From contig JAFQDY010000045.1 of the NCBI GenBank assembly GCA_017399325.1, forward strand, positions 1 to 38,331: a stretch of 38,331 bases of DNA. The letters are read 5' to 3'. The notes under the pieces are model-generated. The model ran no database searches, had not been told where the DNA came from, and was given only the letters and a program-made list of their open reading frames with translations. Every line of letters begins with the position of its first letter. The first letter of the stretch is position 1. Source of the stretch: Oscillospiraceae bacterium. Lineage in GTDB: Bacteria > Bacillota > Clostridia > Oscillospirales > Oscillospiraceae. The position numbers were made by a program, and so were the translations under genes. Positions 24,640 to 32,877 of the stretch are shown piece after piece.

Positions 24640-24936
24640 TTACTCCTCCACTGCGGTAGTCAGGCAGCGCAGGACGCCGTCGGTGATCTTCATCACACGC
24701 TCCAGTTCTGCAGGGAACTCGGGCTTGCATTCCATGTTCATCAGAACATAGTAGCCTTCTGCCATATCGTTGATCAGGTATGCCAAGCGACGCTTGCCCC
24801 ATTCATCAACATTCAGCAGAGTACCCTCCGCCTCCACCATTGCCTTGAACTTGTTCACAAGTGCAGCAGTGTCCTCTTCGGTCAAAGTAGCATCAATGAT
24901 GTAGAGAACCTCGTACTTACCGGTGATCTTAGCCAT
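24640..24936 (-). CDS. rpsF: 30S ribosomal protein S6
   Basis: KYEVLYII, DEWGKRRLAY.I and EGYYVL motifs. Start at 24936 after GGAGGTG. Confidence 0.98.
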   Translation of the reverse strand: MAKITGKYEVLYIIDATLTEEDTAALVNKFKAMVEAEGTLLNVDEWGKRRLAYLINDMAEGYYVLMNMECKPEFPAELERVMKITDGVLRCLTTAVEE

Positions 24937-24943
24937 GTTGTTT

Positions 24944-25000
24944 GCACCTCCTTTTGGACTTTTGGCCCCCGATCGCGTCGGGAGCAAGGATTGTCCGCAT
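24944..25000 (-). promoter_or_regulatory. S6:S18 autoregulatory mRNA leader
   Basis: GGACAAUCCUUGCUCCCGA-cgcga-UCGGGGGCCAAAAGUCC-AAAAGGAGGUG: CCUUGC, a hairpin and a CCR motif just upstream of the rpsF SD, as in Firmicutes rpsF leaders. Confidence 0.65.
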
Positions 25001-25014
25001 ACGCAGACTAGTGT

Positions 25015-25043
25015 ATTATATCTGTTGCGGTTGCATCTGTCAA
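25015..25043 (-). promoter_or_regulatory. Consensus sigmaA promoter of rpsF-ssb-rpsR
   Basis: TTGACA-17-TATAAT, a perfect match. Confidence 0.85.
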
Positions 25044-25104
25044 GGGTTTTTGCCAAAAAAATCCGCATATCTACGGAAAAAGAGGGGAAAATGCCAAAGA
25101 GGTG

Positions 25105-25785
25105 ATGGATTTGGTTTTGTCTTATGTGCGTACGATCTTATTGTATCTGGTGCTGATCGCGGTGGTGCGGCTGATGGGTAAGCGGCAGATCGGCCAGATG
25201 GAGCCGTCGGAATTCGTGGTGACTATGCTGGTGGCCAATCTGGCGGCCATCCCTATGCAGGACGGGGGCATTCCGCTGTTTTCAGGCTTTGTGCCCATTG
25301 TAACGGTGCTGGGGGTGGAACTGGTGTTGTCGGCGCTTTCGATGAAAAGTGTGCGGTTGCGGAAAATTTTATGCGGAAAGCCGGTGATTTTGATCGAAAA
25401 CGGCAATATTCTACAAAAAAATCTGAAGAAGACCCGCATTACCTTAGACGAACTGACCGGCCATTTGCGGGAAAAAGATGTGCTGGACTTAAAGGCGGTG
25501 CAGTATGCCATTTTGGAGACCAACGGCAATCTGTCGGTGTTTCCCTTCCCAAAAGAAAAACCCGCCTCGGCAAAAGAGGCAGGGGTACAGGTGAAAAAGC
25601 AGTCGTTCCCTATGACCATCGTTTCCGACGGGGAACTGATGAAAGAAAATCTGCAAAAAGCGGGAAAAGACCTACCTTGGGTGCAGAAAGTTTTGCAGGA
25701 ACGCTCCGCGACCATTGAGCAGACATGGCTTCTGACCGTTGACGGGGACGACAAGATCGTGTTTTATCGCAAGGAGGAGAAGTAA
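25105..25785 (+). CDS. DUF421 (YetF-like) membrane protein
   Basis: RLMGKRQIGQM, GKPVILIENG, LREKD and AILETNGNLSV motifs. Exact start uncertain (25102-25111). Confidence 0.9.
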   Translation: MDLVLSYVRTILLYLVLIAVVRLMGKRQIGQMEPSEFVVTMLVANLAAIPMQDGGIPLFSGFVPIVTVLGVELVLSALSMKSVRLRKILCGKPVILIENGNILQKNLKKTRITLDELTGHLREKDVLDLKAVQYAILETNGNLSVFPFPKEKPASAKEAGVQVKKQSFPMTIVSDGELMKENLQKAGKDLPWVQKVLQERSATIEQTWLLTVDGDDKIVFYRKEEK

Positions 25786-26166
25786 ATGGGACGAGGCTGG
25801 CTGGGTGTAGCAATTTTGGCAGTGTTCCTTGTGGGGGGCTTGCTGGCGGCAATGTGTATGGATAACGCCCATCTTCCCACGGTGGATATGCTGCAGCAGG
25901 CAGCGGAATACACCGTAAACGGGGAGTTTGGAAAAGGGGTTTTGCTGGGCATGGAAGCAAAAGACCGCTGGGAGCGTGGGTGGAATGGCACGGCAACACT
26001 GGCAGACCACTCGCCCATGGACGATGTGGATGCCCTGTTCGGGGAGATGGAAGTGTACGCCGTCACAGGGGAGCAGCCCCATTTTGCCGCCTGCTGCGCG
26101 GAACTTGCTAAGCGGATCGAGGCGGTGGCAGAAGCCCATAAGTTCAGTTGGTGGAATGTGTTATAG
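25786..26166 (+). CDS. DUF4363-like membrane-anchored protein
   Basis: N-terminal TM, W..W, DH..MD and terminal SWWNVL; typical partner of DUF421. Confidence 0.7.
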   Translation: MGRGWLGVAILAVFLVGGLLAAMCMDNAHLPTVDMLQQAAEYTVNGEFGKGVLLGMEAKDRWERGWNGTATLADHSPMDDVDALFGEMEVYAVTGEQPHFAACCAELAKRIEAVAEAHKFSWWNVL

Positions 26167-27189
26167 GCTGCCGTAGGCAAGGTTTGCGATGCCGGCAGCC
26201 AGAACTTCCGTTGTTCGCAGAGCCTGTTCGTAGGTGTTGCCGGCAGCGCCCACTTCCACTAAAAGCGCGCCGGTGGACAAGTCCTGACTGAAGTTCTGAG
26301 AACGCAGGGTGATGTTCCGGCAGATGCCGGGACAGCGCTGGTCGATCAGGGTCTGGAGTTTCAGCGCAAGAGAAAGATTCTCCCGCCATTGGGGGTGAGA
26401 AGAACCGCCGTAATCAGAACCCACCACAAACATCAGCGGCGCAAGGGACGTGCCTTGGGAGAATACTGTTTGGGTGATCTGATTGCCGTTTTCGTCTTCG
26501 TAGGCGTCCCGGTGCAAGTCCAGAACCAGACGAATGGAGGGGTAGGCTTTTAAGTAGTCCTGCACGCTTTTGCGGCTGTTGTAATAGGCATCTGTGTAGG
26601 AAGGATCATCGTGGAGGGTGGTGTCGTGGATCACACCAATGCCCTGATCTTCCAGAAGTTGGGCAAGGTACGCGCCGATGGATACCATATTTTTTTCGGT
26701 GTCCAGTGTGTGGTAATCGGAGGTTTCTTCGTATCCGTCGGTGGGGGAAAAACTCTCCGTGGCGTGGGAATGATAAATGAGAACTGCCGGCTGACCGTCT
26801 GCCAGATTCCAACTCAGAGGTTTACATAACAACTCGGAAAGGTCGGCGGAATAGGAAAAGGCGCATTTGATGTTGATACCTGCGGCATCGCTTTCGGAAA
26901 ATACCGGCAAGTCCGGCGCTTGTTCGTCTGGCAGGTCGGCAGACTCGGTAGATTCTTCGGTAGATTCTTCAGTGGATTCCTCAGTGGATTCTTCGGGGGG
27001 TTCTTCCTCCGCCTGCGGGGGTGTGAAGGCAATATTGGACGGGCGGATCAGCCGGCCTGTCTGCAGAAAGATTATCACAGACGCTATGTTCGGCGGCAGG
27101 TCAAGGCCCACGCCGATGCCGCTTAAGAGTCGCAGAAAAAGGGCGCAAATAACAGCCACAGTGCCAGTGCGTAAAACTTTTTGTTCCAT
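26161..27189 (-). CDS. spoIIP: Stage II sporulation protein P (amidase/endopeptidase)
   Basis: LIYHSHATES, HDTTLHD, AYYNSR, LDLHRDA, MFVVG and LLVEVG..GNT motifs. Confidence 0.92.
   Translation of the reverse strand: MEQKVLRTGTVAVICALFLRLLSGIGVGLDLPPNIASVIIFLQTGRLIRPSNIAFTPPQAEEEPPEESTEESTEESTEESTESADLPDEQAPDLPVFSESDAAGINIKCAFSYSADLSELLCKPLSWNLADGQPAVLIYHSHATESFSPTDGYEETSDYHTLDTEKNMVSIGAYLAQLLEDQGIGVIHDTTLHDDPSYTDAYYNSRKSVQDYLKAYPSIRLVLDLHRDAYEDENGNQITQTVFSQGTSLAPLMFVVGSDYGGSSHPQWRENLSLALKLQTLIDQRCPGICRNITLRSQNFSQDLSTGALLVEVGAAGNTYEQALRTTEVLAAGIANLAYGSL
26948..26995. repeat. 4 x 12-bp coding tandem repeat (EEST) in the spoIIP linker
   Basis: GTAGATTCTTCG / GTAGATTCTTCA / GTGGATTCCTCA / GTGGATTCTTCG. 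Confidence 0.8.
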
Positions 27190-27240
27190 ACTGCCTCCTT
27201 GGGGAATAAAAAAGAGAGAGCCGATGCTCTCTCTTTCTCG

Positions 27241-27723
27241 TTATTCAGGTTTTTTCCACTTCGGCCTGTCCTTCAAAGTCTGCCGCAAAGCAAGAAAGAA
27301 GTCCGTCAGCAATTTTTTGGAATCATCTTCCAAAAGACCAAAGTGGGTTTCCGGGTGGTGGTTAAAGTCCATGGAAAACAGGTCGCAAACAGACCCGCAA
27401 GCGCCGCATTTTTCATCTTTTGCGCCGATAAATACCTTTGGTATCCGGGCGTTGATGATGGCGCCTGCGCACATGGGGCAGGGCTCTAACGTCACATACA
27501 TAGTGCAATCCCAAAGCCGCCAGCCGCCTAAATTCTTGCAGGCGTCGGCTATGGCTTCGATCTCTGCGTGGCCTAAGGCGGTTTTGGCTGTTTCTCTGCG
27601 GTTGCGGCCGCGGCCTACGATCTCACCTTTCCGGACGATCACGCAGCCGACAGGCACCTCGCCGTCTTGCGCCGCTTCTTCGGCTAAACGCAGAGCCGCC
27701 TGCATAAATTCCAGATCTTCCAC
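27241..27723 (-). CDS. tadA: tRNA adenosine(34) deaminase
   Basis: GEVPVG, HAEI and TLEPCPMCAGA motifs. GTG start after AGGAGGTG; promoter TTGACG-17-TATGAT upstream. Confidence 0.92.
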   Translation of the reverse strand: MEDLEFMQAALRLAEEAAQDGEVPVGCVIVRKGEIVGRGRNRRETAKTALGHAEIEAIADACKNLGGWRLWDCTMYVTLEPCPMCAGAIINARIPKVFIGAKDEKCGACGSVCDLFSMDFNHHPETHFGLLEDDSKKLLTDFFLALRQTLKDRPKWKKPE

Positions 27724-27868
27724 GCTTTGCACCTCCTTTTTTAGTATCATACTAAATCGGAGCGCGCCCGTCAAGTGTACCATAGGCGGATCACGAAACA
27801 AACAGAATGTTGCGGTTGGGTCGATTTTGTGATATAGTTAAGAAAATCCTTTTTTTGGAGAGAAGTCT

Positions 27869-28414
27869 ATGAAAACATTGCTCCATATCTGCTGCGCGCC
27901 CTGCGCAAATCAGTGCGTGGAATTGCTGCGAAACGACGGATTCCACGTAACCGGTTTTTGGTTCAACCCCAACATTCACCCCTTTACCGAGTATCGGGCA
28001 AGGCGGAACTGTTTGCGGGAATATGCCAAAAGCATAGACCTGCCCCTGATCGAAAAAGACCAATATGCCCTGCGGCCCTTTGTGCGGGAAGTGGCCGAGG
28101 ACATTGCAAACCGCTGCGTTAAATGCTACGAAATGCGGCTTTTTGAAACCGCAAAGACCGCCAGGGAACTGGGTTTTGATTCCTTTACATCCTCTTTGTT
28201 CATCAGCCCCTATCAGAACCACAGCCTTATGAAAGATGTGGCTATGCGGGCGGCGGAAACCTACGGCGTGGAATTTCTGTATCGGGATTTCCGGGATTTG
28301 TTCAAGGCAGGACAGGCCTTTGCCCGGGAGCAGGAATTTTATATGCAGAAATACTGCGGCTGCGTGTTCTCCGAAGAAGAACGCTACCTGAAACAAAATA
28401 AAATTATCCCCTAG
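27869..28414 (+). CDS. queH: Epoxyqueuosine reductase QueH
   Basis: LLHICCAPC, NPNIHP..EY, RC..CY..RL and QKYCGC motifs. Confidence 0.92.
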   Translation: MKTLLHICCAPCANQCVELLRNDGFHVTGFWFNPNIHPFTEYRARRNCLREYAKSIDLPLIEKDQYALRPFVREVAEDIANRCVKCYEMRLFETAKTARELGFDSFTSSLFISPYQNHSLMKDVAMRAAETYGVEFLYRDFRDLFKAGQAFAREQEFYMQKYCGCVFSEEERYLKQNKIIP

Positions 28415-28422
28415 GAGGATAT

Positions 28423-29556
28423 ATGAGAAATATGCAAATGATCGTGCCGTGCCTGTTTGGCTTAGAGGGTCTGGCCGGCGACGAACTGAAACGAATGAAT
28501 ATGGAAAATGTCCGGGTGGAAGACCGCAGAGTCCTGTTTACCGGCGACGAAAACGCCCTGGCAAAAGCCAATATCTGCCTGCGGACTGGCGAACGGGTGA
28601 TGGTGGTGCTGGCCCAGTTTCAGGCCAAAAGTTTTGAGGAACTGTTTCAAGGGGTGTTGCACACCAATTTGGAAGATTACATTCCGGGCGACGGCCAGTT
28701 CCCGGTAAAAGGCCACTGCCTGAACAGCCAACTGATGAGCACATCCGACTGTCAGGCCATTATCAAAAAAGCTGCGTCCCGTCGTTTGGGCGAGAAGTAC
28801 GGCGTGTCCTGGCTGCCGGAAACGGGCGTCAAATTCCAACTGCATTTCACCATTTTGAACGACCAAGTAACCCTGTCGCTGGACACTTCCGGCCAAGGCC
28901 TGCACAAGCGGGGTTACCGGGCAGTGGGCAACGATGCGCCTTTGCACGAAACGTTGGCCGCCGGTATGATCCAGTTGACCCGCTATCGGGGCAGAGAATA
29001 TTTCTGGGATCCCTTCTGCGGTTCCGGCACCATTCCCATCGAGGCTGCGCTGATTGCCAAGAACCGGGCGCCGGGTCTGAATCGGCACTTTGCCGCGGAA
29101 GAATATCCCTGGATGCCTGCGTCTTCCTGGGAACTGGCCAAAGAGGAAGCTAAGGACAGGGAATTTAACGGCAAATACCGCATTCTAGGTTCGGACAACG
29201 ATCCGGCCTGCGTGTCGCTGGCATTTGCCAACGCAAGGAAAGCTGGCGTTGCGGACGCGGTGACATTCCAGGACGGCGATGCCACCAAAATGAGCCTGCC
29301 CTGCGATGGGGGCATTCTGGTCTGCAATCCCCCTTACGGCGAGCGGATGATGGAAGTGACCAGCGCTCAAAAACTCTACGGCGCGTTGGGCCGCCATCTG
29401 AAATTTGCCAACGACTGGAAGCAGTTTGTGATCACTTCCGAACCGGAGTTTGAACATTATTTCGGCCGCCGGGCAGACAAAAAACGGAAATTCTACAACG
29501 GCAAGATCAAGTGCGATTACTATATGTTCACCGACAATTCCCGCAGAAAGAAGTGA
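28423..29556 (+). CDS. THUMP-domain RNA methyltransferase (RlmL/YpsC-like)
   Basis: FGLE, LDTSG..LHKRGYR, APL.ETLAA, DPFCGSGTI.IEAA and NPPYGER motifs. Confidence 0.92.
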   Translation: MRNMQMIVPCLFGLEGLAGDELKRMNMENVRVEDRRVLFTGDENALAKANICLRTGERVMVVLAQFQAKSFEELFQGVLHTNLEDYIPGDGQFPVKGHCLNSQLMSTSDCQAIIKKAASRRLGEKYGVSWLPETGVKFQLHFTILNDQVTLSLDTSGQGLHKRGYRAVGNDAPLHETLAAGMIQLTRYRGREYFWDPFCGSGTIPIEAALIAKNRAPGLNRHFAAEEYPWMPASSWELAKEEAKDREFNGKYRILGSDNDPACVSLAFANARKAGVADAVTFQDGDATKMSLPCDGGILVCNPPYGERMMEVTSAQKLYGALGRHLKFANDWKQFVITSEPEFEHYFGRRADKKRKFYNGKIKCDYYMFTDNSRRKK

Positions 29557-29560
29557 GAAT

Positions 29561-30496
29561 ATGAAGCATCTGTTCATTATAAATCCCGCCGCCGGTAGCC
29601 GGAATCAGACGGAAACTTACCGGAAGAAAATCGCGGAAGTTTGCGAAAAGCGGGATATTGAATATTCCATTGAAGTGTCCGGCGCCCCCGGCCAATGCCG
29701 GAAAATCGCCAACCGGGCGGCCAAGTCCGGTGAGGAATACCGGATTTATTCCTGCGGCGGCGACGGAACCCTCAACGAAATCGTCTCCGGCGTGGCGGGT
29801 TTCGACAACGTGGCGGTGACTATGTTTTCCGGCGGCAGCGGCAACGATTTTGCCCGGTTATTCTCCCAGCCGGAGGCTTTTCGGGACTTAGAGCGCCTGC
29901 TGGACGCAGAGGAAGCCACCTTCGATCTGATCGCCTGCAACGATGACTACTCGTTGAATATCTGCTCCGTGGGCTTTGATGCCAGGATCGGCACAGATGT
30001 GGCAAATTACAAGAGGATTCCCTTGTTAAGCGGTTTTCGGGCCTATGCGGCATCGGCGCTTGTCAACACCATTCGGGGTGTCAGCGAGCATTACGTGGTG
30101 GAAATAGACGGTCAGCGATTTGACGACCGTTTCACGATGATCTGCGTCTGCAACGGCAGATTTTACGGCGGCGGTTTCAATCCTGTGCCGGAGGCTGACC
30201 CGGCTGACGGGAAACTGGAAGTGCTGCTGGTGAAAAAAGTGTCCCGGCTGGCTGTTGCCCGGCTGATCGGTGTATATAAGGCAGGTCGGTATGCCGAACT
30301 GCCCAATTTGATTCGCCACTATCAGACCGATTCTTTGAAGATCATCTGCGATGGGGAAACACCGGTCAATCTGGACGGCGAACTGCGAATGGCCAAAGAG
30401 GTGGACATTCGTTTGGCAGAGCAAAAGGTGCGATTCTTCTATCCCAGGGGGCTTGTATGGAAGAAAAATCCGGAACGGGAAATGACAACTGTATAA
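29561..30496 (+). CDS. Diacylglycerol/lipid kinase family (YegS/BmrU)
   Basis: IINPAAG, GGDGTLNE, GSGNDF, SVGFDA, NGRFYGGG and DGE motifs. Confidence 0.9.
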   Translation: MKHLFIINPAAGSRNQTETYRKKIAEVCEKRDIEYSIEVSGAPGQCRKIANRAAKSGEEYRIYSCGGDGTLNEIVSGVAGFDNVAVTMFSGGSGNDFARLFSQPEAFRDLERLLDAEEATFDLIACNDDYSLNICSVGFDARIGTDVANYKRIPLLSGFRAYAASALVNTIRGVSEHYVVEIDGQRFDDRFTMICVCNGRFYGGGFNPVPEADPADGKLEVLLVKKVSRLAVARLIGVYKAGRYAELPNLIRHYQTDSLKIICDGETPVNLDGELRMAKEVDIRLAEQKVRFFYPRGLVWKKNPEREMTTV

Positions 30497-30502
30497 CGAA
30501 TG

Positions 30503-30538
30503 ACCGGGCGTGTTCCTGCTGGAATACGCCCGGTTTTT
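30503..30538 (+). terminator. Intrinsic terminator
   Basis: ACCGGGCGTGTTCC-tgct-GGAATACGCCCGGT-TTTT. Confidence 0.8.
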
Positions 30539-30584
30539 GTTGCTTTTTCATCCATATGGCAAAAATTTACAAAAATATTGTTTT

Positions 30585-30686
30585 GTACTTGTGCAAGTAC
30601 ACAAATGCAAAGAAACCTGCGGGTTTTCCCTTGACAAGCAGGGTCGTAAGGACTAATATTGGGTCAGAAAGTACTTGAAAAAGTAC
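30585..30686 (+). promoter_or_regulatory. sigmaA promoter flanked by two GTACTT-N4-AAGTAC palindromes
   Basis: Palindromes at 30585-30600 and 30671-30686; TTGACA (30631), 17 nt, TAATAT (30654). Confidence 0.65.
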
Positions 30687-30702
30687 ATATGGAGGTGAGC
30701 GC

Positions 30703-30888
30703 GTGTATTTGCCATATAAAAGACCGCCCTGTCGTCCGGTTCGGAAAGGGTTGCGACTGATGTTCTGGGATGCCCAGGGGGAACTGCCTGCATTTTGGTG
30801 TGTTCGGTGCGGGGCAGAGGTTTTTCGGCAAAACACCGATCTGTGTTTTCGTTGTCAGAAGGAGGAGAACATATGCATACAAGAATAA
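30703..30888 (+). CDS. Small Zn-ribbon-like protein (CxxC...CxxC)
   Basis: GGAGGTGA RBS before GTG at 30703; alternative ATG at 30760. CVRC and CFRC motifs. Confidence 0.55.
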   Translation: MYLPYKRPPCRPVRKGLRLMFWDAQGELPAFWCVRCGAEVFRQNTDLCFRCQKEENICIQE

Positions 30889-31043
30889 GTCCCTGTGAGG
30901 GCTGCACAAGAGTGGCCGAACCCAAGGCCTGTGAGAATAAACAATGCAAAGTCTGGAAGGCCTGGTTTTTCCGCCGATGGGGAGAGATCCACGGTTATTG
31001 GCGGCAGCATACAAAGCCGAAAGCCGGTGAGGTAAGATCATGA
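30873..31043 (+). CDS. Small Cys/Trp-rich hypothetical protein (56 aa)
   Basis: RBS AAGGAGG; MHTRISPCEGCTRVAEPKACENKQCKVWKAWFFRRW...; ATGA overlap with the next gene. Confidence 0.7.
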   Translation: MHTRISPCEGCTRVAEPKACENKQCKVWKAWFFRRWGEIHGYWRQHTKPKAGEVRS

Positions 31044-31477
31044 TATGGAAAGAGGCGGCAATGGACAAGTTGCGCCGGTACGAGGCTATGCGGCAGGCCC
31101 TGCGCAACATTCCGGAAGAGATCGACCGGCTGAAAGAGGAGATCGACACCATTCGGGGCGCAGACCCGTCGCGGATCGCCGTAAGAGGTTGCGGCAGTCG
31201 CCGGGAAGATGCGCTGATCGACAATCTGGTGCAGCAGCAGGAGTTGGCGTGGACACTCAAGCGGGTCAAGCGCTGGCTTCTGGTGGCTGACCGGGGACTT
31301 TCGGCATTACTGCCCGACGAGAAACTGGTTTTGCAGCGGCTGTACTTACACCCGGAAAAGGGCGCGATGGAACGGCTTTGCAGCGAATTGGGGGTGGAGC
31401 AATCCTCTGTTTACCGAAAGCGGGATCAGGCCCTCTGCCGGTTTACCACGGCCCTTTACGGCTTTTGTGAAGCATAA
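31040..31477 (+). CDS. Phage-type transcriptional regulator (ArpU/RinA/DUF1492-like, sigma region 4-like HTH)
   Basis: LRRYEAM, coiled coil, LSALLPDEKLVLQRLY, HTH ERLCSELGVEQSSVYRKRDQAL and C-terminal FTTALYG. Confidence 0.8.
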   Translation: MIWKEAAMDKLRRYEAMRQALRNIPEEIDRLKEEIDTIRGADPSRIAVRGCGSRREDALIDNLVQQQELAWTLKRVKRWLLVADRGLSALLPDEKLVLQRLYLHPEKGAMERLCSELGVEQSSVYRKRDQALCRFTTALYGFCEA

Positions 31478-31479
31478 AG

Positions 31480-31508
31480 AAACGGACAGGATTTTCCTGT
31501 CCGTTTTT
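31480..31508. terminator. Bidirectional terminator
   Basis: AAACGGACAGGA-ttt-TCCTGTCCGTTTTT. Confidence 0.8.
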
Positions 31509-31509
31509 C

Positions 31510-32877
31510 TTATAATTTGGGCAAACTGGCGGCGGCCACCGACTGACCCACCCGGCGGGAATTTTCGTCTGGGATATGCAAGGTGATCTGCTTTGCCAGT
31601 TGGGGGAATTCGCTGTCAAGGACTTTTTGGGCGTTTTCCAGCAAGATACTGCCGCCCTCTCCGGAAGTGACCCGCCCCATGATCAGCACATGTTTGATGT
31701 GATAAAACTCTGCATAGAAGGCGATGGCGTAGCCAAAATAGATGCCGATGGTTTCAAAAATGGCTTTGGCCCGGTTATCCCCTTGGGACATCAGGTTTTG
31801 GACGACTTTCAGTTTTTCCGCGGGAGAGAGGGTTTCGTCCAGTTCGATTCCCGCAAAAGGCGCTAACTTGATCACGCCGTCTTGAGAAAAATACTTCACG
31901 CCGCAGCCCCGATCGCCGGACCACTCATCTGCCATCGCATCCGGGTTTCCGTCCACCGGCACGAAGGCCAGCTCGTTGAGCCAGCCGGTGATATTGCCGT
32001 CGGTATCCACATAGCCACCGGCCTCCGAAGTGCCCATAGCAATGCCCAGAACGCCGGTGTCGTCCAGGTCCATTGCGCCGGCAAGGGCGGTCACATCGCC
32101 GTCGTTGGCAACTTCGATGGGAATGTTCTCGCCGATCTCCTTAGCCACATCCAGATACATATTTCTGACTTTTTTGCTGAAATCATCATCGCTGACTTTC
32201 AAGAATAAAGACGCCGCCATAATTCGGTTGTCCACATACACGCCGGCGCTGGATACGCCGATGGCATCCACCCGGGGCATATGGGATGCGGCGGTCTTCA
32301 TAGCGCTTAAAATGCCCTGATAGTGGTAATCGGGGTCGGAATTTGTCTTGGGAAACCAGACAACTTCCTCGGAATAGACGCTTTTTCCGTCCATAACCGC
32401 GCTGACTTTCCGGTCAGAACCGCCGGCGTCAAAACCGATGCGGCAGCCGTCCAAGTGCCGACCGATGGGTGCGGCAGAAGATACATCTACGGGCGCGTCT
32501 TCTAAAGAGCAGGTAAGAACTTCAAATGTTTCTTCGTAGACCCGCTCCATAAACCGCACATCAAAATCCCGCAGGCCGCCATAGGTGTAGGCCGCTTTGA
32601 TCTTGCTGCCCAGAAGTTCGCTGCCGGCGATGATGATCTGATAGCCGCCGGCCACCCACAAAAGGGCTTTGGTCATACGCTCAACAAAGCGGAAATTTTC
32701 TTCGTCGTGGCCTGCACCGTCCGGGAATACCCGGGTCTTATAGGTGGCGGTGCAGCCTTTGTTTCTGCGGACGGCAATGACGATGTCCTGCCCGTTTTCT
32801 TCCGTCTGCCGGCGCATTTGGCGGCAAAGCAGCGAAAGAGGCGCAAAGCCTTTATCCAGTTCAGGTGTTATTTTCAT
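31510..32877 (-). CDS. ROK family sugar kinase with N-terminal extension (possible GlcNAc/GlcN kinase)
   Basis: GFDAGGS, IGVSSAG, VANDGDVTALAG and GIAMGTS motifs; overlaps the nagA stop. Confidence 0.8.
   Translation of the reverse strand: MKITPELDKGFAPLSLLCRQMRRQTEENGQDIVIAVRRNKGCTATYKTRVFPDGAGHDEENFRFVERMTKALLWVAGGYQIIIAGSELLGSKIKAAYTYGGLRDFDVRFMERVYEETFEVLTCSLEDAPVDVSSAAPIGRHLDGCRIGFDAGGSDRKVSAVMDGKSVYSEEVVWFPKTNSDPDYHYQGILSAMKTAASHMPRVDAIGVSSAGVYVDNRIMAASLFLKVSDDDFSKKVRNMYLDVAKEIGENIPIEVANDGDVTALAGAMDLDDTGVLGIAMGTSEAGGYVDTDGNITGWLNELAFVPVDGNPDAMADEWSGDRGCGVKYFSQDGVIKLAPFAGIELDETLSPAEKLKVVQNLMSQGDNRAKAIFETIGIYFGYAIAFYAEFYHIKHVLIMGRVTSGEGGSILLENAQKVLDSEFPQLAKQITLHIPDENSRRVGQSVAAASLPKL

Noticed and set aside
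27724-27868. preQ1 riboswitch upstream of queH
   Set aside because: The region holds divergent promoters (TTGCGG-17-TATAGT and TTGACG-17-TATGAT) with very short leaders and no preQ1 stem/A-rich tail pattern.
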